Of a DNA stretch of 26,775 nt, positions 20,801 through 26,775 are shown one piece after another. The stretch covers positions 6,398-33,172 of the forward strand of contig RQSC01000002.1 in NCBI GenBank assembly GCA_013416795.1. Reading direction: 5' to 3'. Origin of the DNA: Prasinococcaceae sp. CCMP 1430. Taxonomy: Eukaryota > Plantae > Prasinodermophyta. The position numbers were made by a program, and so were the translations under genes. Numbering within the stretch: the first letter of the stretch is position 1; each line of letters opens with the position of its first letter. A model generated the notes under the pieces. That model made no database searches and was not told where the DNA came from. It saw only the letters and a program-made list of their open reading frames with translations.

Positions 20801-22008
20801 CCCGGCAAAGAGGAAAGAGCGTTGTGCGTCAGATTGAGCGTGACCAAGCTCTCTGTCTTGTCAAAAAGATGACCCGGCAAAGAGGAAAGAGCGTTGTGCG
20901 CCAGATCGAGCGTGACCAAGCTCACTGTCTTGTTCAAAAGATAACCCGGCAAAGAGGAAAGAGCGTTGTGCGCCAGATCGAGCGTGACCAAGCTCACTGT
21001 CTTGTTAAAAAGACCACCCGGCAAAGAGGCGATGGAGTTGTTCTGGAGCTTGAGTTCAGCGAGTCCAGTGACATCGAAGACGCCTTCGGGTAGTGCGGTC
21101 GGGTTGTTCGTCAGGTTGTTCGTCAGGTTGTTCGACGAGAGGTCCAGCGTCGTGAGATCCTGCACGTCCGCAAATACTTCCTTCGGCAAAGTCTCAAGCG
21201 CATTGTTTGAGAGCAACAAAGTCGTCAGCCCGCTCAAACCAGTGAAAACGCCTTCGGGTAGTGCGGTCAGGTCGTTCGACGAGAGGTCCAGCGTCTCAAG
21301 ATCCGGAACACCGGCAAACGATGCCTCCGGCAGAGTGCTGATGACGTTGCGAGTGAGCGACAGATTCGTTAGCCTGTTCACACTAGTTAGAACGCCTTCC
21401 GGTGGTTCGGTCAGGGCGTTTGCCGACAGGTCCAGCGTCCTGAGATCCTGCACGTCCGCAAATACTTCCTTCGGCAAAGTCTCCAACGCGTTGTTGGAGA
21501 GTATCAATGTCGTCAGCCCGCTCAAACCAGTGAAAACGCCCGTGGATAGTTCGGTCAGGGCGTTCGACGAGAGGTGCAGCGTCCGGAGACCTGACAGGTC
21601 CATGAAGTGTCCGTCCTGCAAAGACTGAAGGGCGTTGTCGGAGAGCAAGAGCGTCGTCAGGCTGCTCATGCCCGAGAAGACGTCAATCGACAAGTTGACG
21701 AGGCTTCCGCAGTGCGTGCAATTCGAAAGATCAAGCTTGGGGCAGTCGCAACAGCTTGCGGCATCATCGCACCCTTCCGGCAACCTGCGCACCAGCTCGC
21801 CACCGTCGTTGAAGAACAAGCACCTCCCGCACTCGGCGAGCTCGATCTCCTCCGCCAGAGCGCACGAGCGCGTCGATGCGGCCAAGAGCAGCAGCAGCAT
21901 CCACTGGCAAATGCATGCTGGCAGTAAGAGACGAGCAGAGACACGTTCGCACCGGTTATCATCACGGGCAGGTCCACTTCTGCCGCCAGTCGTTTCGAAA
22001 GTCTCCAT
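17818..22008 (-). CDS. LRR receptor-like gene B, shorter paralog of gene A (three Cys-capped modules, TM, XK-like domain); one frame of 1397 codons with a single internal TGA at 19339-19341
   Basis: ORFs 19339-22143 and 17818-19266 are in the same frame: ...TTRRP*GQDRTPSRIVHGPQLCEVPLTSTHLHFG. Shares identical blocks with gene A (LTELLTSANGRILENDTSKRDNTPCFYELPPMLEGS; LIAGILLGVADVVTDVLFFTDFN; HSWAPLRVWAF). Confidence 0.85.
20711..21030 (-). repeat. Near-perfect 72-nt tandem repeat, 4 units plus a partial unit, each encoding one LRR
   Basis: Unit gtcttgt(c/t)aaaa(a)gacc..ccggcaaagaggaaagagcgttgtgcg(t/c)cagat(t/c)gagcgtgaccaagctc(t/a)ct recurs at ~20711, 20783, 20855, 20927 and 20999. Confidence 0.92.
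21099..21134 (-). repeat. 12-nt tandem triplication encoding NNLT-NNLT-NNPT inside an LRR
   Basis: gtcgggttgttc gtcaggttgttc gtcaggttgttc on the + strand. Confidence 0.85.
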
Positions 22009-23097
22009 TTCGTCACGGCCACGATGCGATCGTGCGTATGGCTGTAGCTCGCAGAGCGCACGCGCGAGCTCGCAGTCGATAGCGGGCAACAAGTTTTTGC
22101 CCCGTAAGAACACTCTGCAGGACGCGATGATGATGCCAGCCAATGCGCAACAAAAACCCTCCTGCGTGCGGGCGACTCTACCTACTCCTCACACGCTCCT
22201 GGTTCGCCCGATGACGCTGCCCATGGCGCGCGCAGGGCACGCAGTGGCGCCTTCCACCTGCGCGTCGCCTGTGCCTGCCCAGGCATCGCCCGGTGCTCCG
22301 CCGCGCCGCCAACGCGCACGCGGCACGCGCATCTACGCCGTGCGTTCCGCAGTACACACGCTCCGAGGCGCCACTCCACACGCATGACACCATCCAATCC
22401 GGCCGTGCTGGCACGGCCGGCGCGCCGCTCTGCTGGGACCGGGGCCGCTTGCCGAATCCGAATCCGCCCGCTCCGCTTCTGCTCCGGGCCAAACCACGTC
22501 AAGCCGGACTACATCAGAACTACAGTTAACAGCACCGGTACAGTACGTACCGGATTCAACTTCGGTCTGGAACTCGGATTGAGGTTGTTTGGGGTTCCAC
22601 TCTGCCGCGTTGGGTGGCGCCCTGCCCGCACGAAATCTTTGCGTATCGCAACGCGCCAGCTCATTGCTGACTCAGCGTGGCCTCCGAGGCCTCCGAGCCA
22701 AACCCTTCGGAGCACGCGCTGCTGTTCAAGTTTGAAGGCATGCAAAACACTGCCGCAGCCTGACCAGGGCGTTAGTCATCAACCAAATCCAAATCTCCAA
22801 GCCACATCCACGCGAGCAAGGTACTTGCAGTACAGCGAGCGACCAATCAAGTCGATTGTCACCTTTGGAAACAATGTCCTCTTGCTGCCATCACCTTCGA
22901 ATGCTGGGATGTGCTCTTCACAACCTCGGTCTTTTCCCTGCGTCCGTTTTCGATCGACATGAGGATCCTGTTCAAAAAGAGCTCAAACTCCAAGCGCAAA
23001 AAGCATCCATCAAAATGCGCGCCGGCATGCTCACGTCGATACTCATGAGCTCGTCGAAAGAATGTGAGGCTCTTACAGGCACGCACGTGCACGTACG

Positions 23098-24178
23098 TCA
23101 GCGCGGAGCCGGCGGCCGCCCGGGCATGCGCAGCATGCCGCTCTCACGCGCAGCCGCGACGACGTGGCCGCTGCGCCGCGGGCGGACGGGCGTCTCGGCC
23201 NNNNNNNNNNNNNNNNNNNNNNNNNNNNNNNNNNNNNNNNNNNNNNNNNNNNNNNNNNNNNNNNNNNNNNNNNNNNNNNNNNNNNNNNNNNNNNNNNNNN
23301 NNNNNNNNNNNNNNNNNNNNNNNNNNNNNNNNNNNNNNNNNNNNNNNNNNNNNNNNNNNNNNNNNNNNNNNNNNNNNNNNNNNNNNNNNNNNNNNNNNNN
23401 NNNNNNNNNNNNNNNNNNNNNNNNNNNNNNNNNNNNNNNNNNNNNNNNNNNNNNNNNNNNNNNNNNNNNNNNNNNNNNNNNNNNNNNNNNNNNNNNNNNN
23501 NNNNNNNNNNNNNNNNNNNNNNNNNNNNNNNNNNNNNNNNNNNNNNNNNNNNNNNNNNNNNNNNNNNNNNNNNNNNNNNNNNNNNNNNNNNNNNNNNNNN
23601 NNNNNNNNNNNNNNNNNNNNNNNNNNNNNNNNNNNNNNNNNNNNNNNNNNNNNNNNNNNNNNNNNNNNNNNNNNNNNNNNNNNNNNNNNNNNNNNNNNNN
23701 NNNNNNNNNNNNNNNNNNNNNNNNNNNNNNNNNNNNNNNNNNNNNNNNNNNNNNNNNNNNNNNNNNNNNNNNNNNNNNNNNNNNNNNNNNNNNNNNNNNN
23801 NNNNNNNNNNNNNNNNNNNNNNNNNNNNNNNNNNNNNNNNNNNNNNNNNNNNNNNNNNNNNNNNNNNNNNNNNNNNNNNNNNNNNNNNNNNNNNNNNNNN
23901 NNNNNNNNNNNNNNNNNNNNNNNNNNNNNNNNNNNNNNNNNNNNNNNNNNNNNNNNNNNNNNNNNNNNNNNNNNNNNNNNNNNNNNNNNNNNNNNNNNNN
24001 NNNNNNNNNNNNNNNNNNNNNNNNNNNNNNNNNNNNNNNNNNNNNNNNNNNNNNNNNNNNNNNNNNNNGCGACGCGCGCGTGGTAGCGGCCGCCGCCGCG
24101 CGCGAGGTCGGCCGCCGAGCAGAAGCGCAGCCACTCGCCGCCGTCGACCTCGCCGCCCGCGGGGACCTCCGCCGGCAT
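23098..24178 (-). CDS. Probable Rieske [2Fe-2S] domain-like small protein spanning the assembly gap
   Basis: gccgccATG at 24178, then MPAEVPAGGEVDGGEWLRFCSAADLARGGGRYHARV, resembling the Rieske ferredoxin N-terminal W..vC...DL..GG pattern. A plausible end after the gap is ...RPPAPR* (23098), followed by TGTAA (23077-23073). The diagnostic CxH/CxxH motifs would lie in the gap and cannot be seen. Confidence 0.4.
23201..24068. other. Assembly gap (N run)
   Basis: 868 consecutive N. Confidence 1.
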
Positions 24179-24192
24179 GGCGGCCCCACAGG

Positions 24193-24477
24193 AGCGCGCG
24201 CGTGCGTGCGTGTGTGTGTTTTTGTGCGAGTGTGTGTGTGTGTGTGTGTGCGTGCGTGCTTGTGTTTACGCGTGTGTGTGCGGTTGCGCCTGAGCGCACG
24301 CACGCGTGCGCGCGCGTGCGTACGCACGCCTCTGTCTCCCTCTCTTCTACGCGCGCGGGCACACACCGCGGGTGGTGCGTGGTCTGGCGCTGCACGCGCG
24401 CGCGTGCGCGTGTGTGTGTGTGTGCGTGTGTGTGTGTGTGTGTGCGTGTGTGCGCGCGCGTGCGTGTGCGCACACAC
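24193..24477. repeat. Compound (TG)n/(CG)n microsatellite tracts
   Basis: Long gtgtgt/gcgcgc runs at ~24195-24325 and ~24393-24477, similar in composition to introns elsewhere in the window. Confidence 0.85.
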
Positions 24478-25165
24478 CGCACCGCCGCAGCGCGACCCTC
24501 CGGCCGAATTCGTAACCTAAACCCCAATTCAAACTCCACAAACCCTACAACCTCACTCACAGTTTTAAAACATATGCAAATCTGATCTGACCGTAAAAAC
24601 GCCACCAACCTCAAACCTCAACTCCACCCCCCCGCGTCGAACGCCTGCCAGGTGATGCCGCCGCGCGACGCTTTTTTATTATTTTTTATTTTGTTTCTAA
24701 AAAAAAAAATCCCTTTTGTGATTCATTTTGACCTGTTTTTTTTTTTGAAACGCCCGCGTGTGTCGTCATCAGTGCTGGCCTGCCGTTTGACCTGCGGTTT
24801 TTGACCTGGGGACAACAACGCAGTCGAGTCACAGTAGTCAAAATGCATTTAAATAACCCCTTTGAATGTGACACGACATATGTCGTTGGTGATGACAAAA
24901 TGAATGTGACTGACGTAATTGCATTCGTCGCGTACGATGTTCAAGCGCATGTCAAAATGCATGTTGAACGAAATAAAGAAGGCGCATGCGAGCGCGCGCG
25001 CGCGCGAGACGCACAGAGGCGGTGGTGTGTGGGGGTGGTGGGGGGGTGAGGGAGGCGCACCCCGCACATGCGCCACACGGCGCCCCCCCCCCACCCCTCG
25101 GCGTGGTCGAGGCGAAAGGGCGCGCTTTGAGCCGGGGCGGGGCGAGAGAGGCAGGGGACGCCCCC

Positions 25166-25310
25166 ATGGCGTCCGCTGAGGAGTTCCGATTCGGCTGGGG
25201 TAAGGGCCCCACCTACACGTACAACCAGTACCTCGAGTACGCAACCAGTTTCAAGAAGGAGTACTTCGGTGGTGAGAAGCCAACCCTCGAGCAGATCGAG
25301 GACGAGTTCT
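25166..25310 (+). CDS. 5' fragment of a JmjC histone demethylase (KDM5/JMJ14-like pre-JmjC segment)
   Basis: MASAEEFRFGWGKGPTYTYNQYLEYATSFKKEYFGGEKPTLEQIEDEF(W) matches the FGF..G..yT...F...A..FK..YF....P....IE.EfW segment preceding JmjC in KDM5-type proteins. It is cut by the N at 25311. Confidence 0.7.
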
Positions 25311-25311
25311 N

Positions 25312-26775
25312 GTGACCGTGGGGCCCTCGCGCAGCCTCAGCGTGCAGGCGTACGCCTCCTTCCTGTCCAACGTGATCGACCTGCAGGCCGACTGGGAGCG
25401 GCCGCTGGGCGCGGGCGTGTGCGGCCTCGACAAGGTGTTCGAGGCGTGCGCCTCGGTGTCCAACTGGCTGGCGCTGGACGAGGACCACGTGGTGCTGCTG
25501 CACGCGCGCGCCAGGGACGCGCGCCACGCGGGGCCCGAGGCGGCGAGGCGCTTCCTGGACTTTTTGGTGGCGTGCTTCCTCACCTTCACCGACGAGCGCT
25601 CCACGTGGGACGAGGCCTTCGCCGAGGCGGTCGCGCGCGCGGACGACGCCTTCGTGGGGGCGGGCGGACCGGGCGAGGGCGGCCCGTGGGGCGGCGCCGT
25701 GCGGCGGCTGTCCTTCGGGTACGGCGGGTCGCCCGCGGGGCACCGCGCCGCCAGCTGCGCGCAGCGGCGCTACGGCAAGTACCTCGGCGACGTGCTGGGC
25801 GGCCGCGGGTCGCCCGCCGGAGGAGGGGGCGGGGGGCTGCGCGCGCCCGGCGCGCTCACGCTGCGGCTGCGGCGCGTGGTGCTCTCCTGCCCGCCCGAGC
25901 TGGAGACGCGCGCCATCACGCCGGTGGTCCTGCTGCACTGCTCCGGCAACCTGCGCGAGGGCCCGCTCGCGCGGCGCGTGGGCGCCGCGTTCGCGCCCCC
26001 TCGCGGCGAGGCGGGCGCGGCGGAGATGGTGGCCTTCGACGTGGACGCGCTGGTCAGCGGCGACTGCTCGATCATCGTCTGCGACGGCGCCGCCGACGAG
26101 GCCGGCACGTTCGAGAGCGTGGCGGCGCCCTCGCAGATGCGCCGCGCGCGCGGCCGGCGGCGGGGGGCGGGCGGCGGGTCGCCGGGCGACGGCGCCGACG
26201 GCGGCTACGGCGCCGACTGCGACTCGGACGCCTCGTCCGGCGCCCCGACGCAGGTGGTCAACTCGGACGTGGAGCTCGTCAGCTTCTGCTTCCACACCGC
26301 CTTCGTGCCCGTGGACGGCGTCGTGCGCGCCACGGCGGGGCAGCTCGACACCAGCCCGCTGGTGGGCGCGCTGCCCAGCGGCTTCTTCGTCGACGTCACC
26401 TTCGAGGGCGCGGGCGCCCCCTGCGTGGACGAGCTGGCGTCGGCGCCGGGCGAGGTGGCGGGCTGGAAGAGCGTGCGCATGCTGTACGGCGGCGGGGGGA
26501 TGTGGGAGGACGACCCGGAGGTGGCGCCCGATCCGGTCATGTTCGAGATGCGCGCGCGGCAGCTGGACGAGCAGCCGCTGCCGGCGGGCAGCGTGGTCAT
26601 TCCGCCGCCCGCCAAGCCCGTGTCGGCGCTGCCCACGGCGGCCGCGACCAAGGGCTTTTGCGCCCCGCCCGGCCCCGGCCAGGCCGCGCAGGGCGAAGTG
26701 AGTTCGCCTGGCGCGCCTTGTCACCCTCCTCTTCCGGCGCCGCCGCCGCCTCCCCCGCCGCCCCCCCCGCCGCGG
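25312..26775 (+). CDS. Class II formin-like protein, partial: PTEN-like phosphatase domain, C2 domain and start of a poly-Pro FH1 region; runs off the window
   Basis: Open frame from 25312 (not in the ORF track): NWLALDEDHVVLLH, AQRRYGKYL, LRLRRVVL, VSGDCSII, SFCFHTAFV, QLD, then PPLPAPPPPPPPPPPP. The FH2 domain is not in the window. Confidence 0.75.
   Translation, partial: MTVGPSRSLSVQAYASFLSNVIDLQADWERPLGAGVCGLDKVFEACASVSNWLALDEDHVVLLHARARDARHAGPEAARRFLDFLVACFLTFTDERSTWDEAFAEAVARADDAFVGAGGPGEGGPWGGAVRRLSFGYGGSPAGHRAASCAQRRYGKYLGDVLGGRGSPAGGGGGGLRAPGALTLRLRRVVLSCPPELETRAITPVVLLHCSGNLREGPLARRVGAAFAPPRGEAGAAEMVAFDVDALVSGDCSIIVCDGAADEAGTFESVAAPSQMRRARGRRRGAGGGSPGDGADGGYGADCDSDASSGAPTQVVNSDVELVSFCFHTAFVPVDGVVRATAGQLDTSPLVGALPSGFFVDVTFEGAGAPCVDELASAPGEVAGWKSVRMLYGGGGMWEDDPEVAPDPVMFEMRARQLDEQPLPAGSVVIPPPAKPVSALPTAAATKGFCAPPGPGQAAQGEVSSPGAPCHPPLPAPPPPPPPPPPPR

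Noticed and set aside
20711-21030. CRISPR-like array
   Set aside because: Contiguous 72-nt units without unique spacers, in frame within an LRR coding sequence, in a eukaryotic context.
9513-22008. Genome-wide stop-codon reassignment as the explanation for the internal stops
   Set aside because: TAG terminates BBS5 at the homologous C-terminus and TGA terminates bestrophin and the MRH gene; the two internal stops are also different codons.
22535-22553. Short inverted repeat ccggtac-N5-gtaccgg
   Set aside because: A 7-bp stem is expected by chance; no associated element ends or target-site duplication found.
22856-24614. Long ORFs spanning the N gap
   Set aside because: Artefacts of translating N as X plus microsatellite sequence.
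24510-24630. Interstitial telomere-like (AAACCCT) sequence
   Set aside because: Only one exact unit within a generally A/C-rich tract; no tandem array.
24660-24980. MITE or ncRNA in the AT-rich stretch
   Set aside because: No terminal inverted repeats or RNA-gene motifs seen; consistent with a divergent promoter region with homopolymer runs.
25213-26724. 503-aa minus-strand ORF, and the many Ser/Arg-rich plus-strand ORFs over the LRR and ankyrin genes
   Set aside because: Antisense shadows of real coding frames in GC-rich DNA, with no recognisable motifs.
25166-26775. Apparent JmjC-formin fusion gene
   Set aside because: The junction is exactly at a single N (25311) and the two parts are in different frames, so it is a scaffold join of unknown length.

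Overview
Eukaryotic, GC-rich draft-assembly window, probably from a unicellular green alga (inferred from GT-AG introns rich in (GC)n/(GT)n, TGTAA poly(A)-like signals and a PTEN-type formin). In order it holds: a complete 6-exon BBS5; a 5'-truncated bestrophin abutting head-to-head a 5'-unclear PIG-X-like ORF; an intronless ankyrin-repeat gene with a tandem copy of its 3' end; a 5-exon MRH-domain type I membrane protein; two tandem intronless paralogous LRR receptor-like genes; an N gap inside a probable Rieske-domain gene; and a JmjC (KDM5/JMJ14-like) start joined across a single N to a class II formin. The LRR pair is the most notable feature. Each encodes signal peptide, Cys-capped LRR modules, a TM helix and an XK-like multipass domain. 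Each is one continuous reading frame broken by exactly one in-frame stop (TAG 12696-12698; TGA 19339-19341), and their LRR arrays differ through repeat expansion and module loss. All family assignments are from motif recognition by eye; no searches were run.
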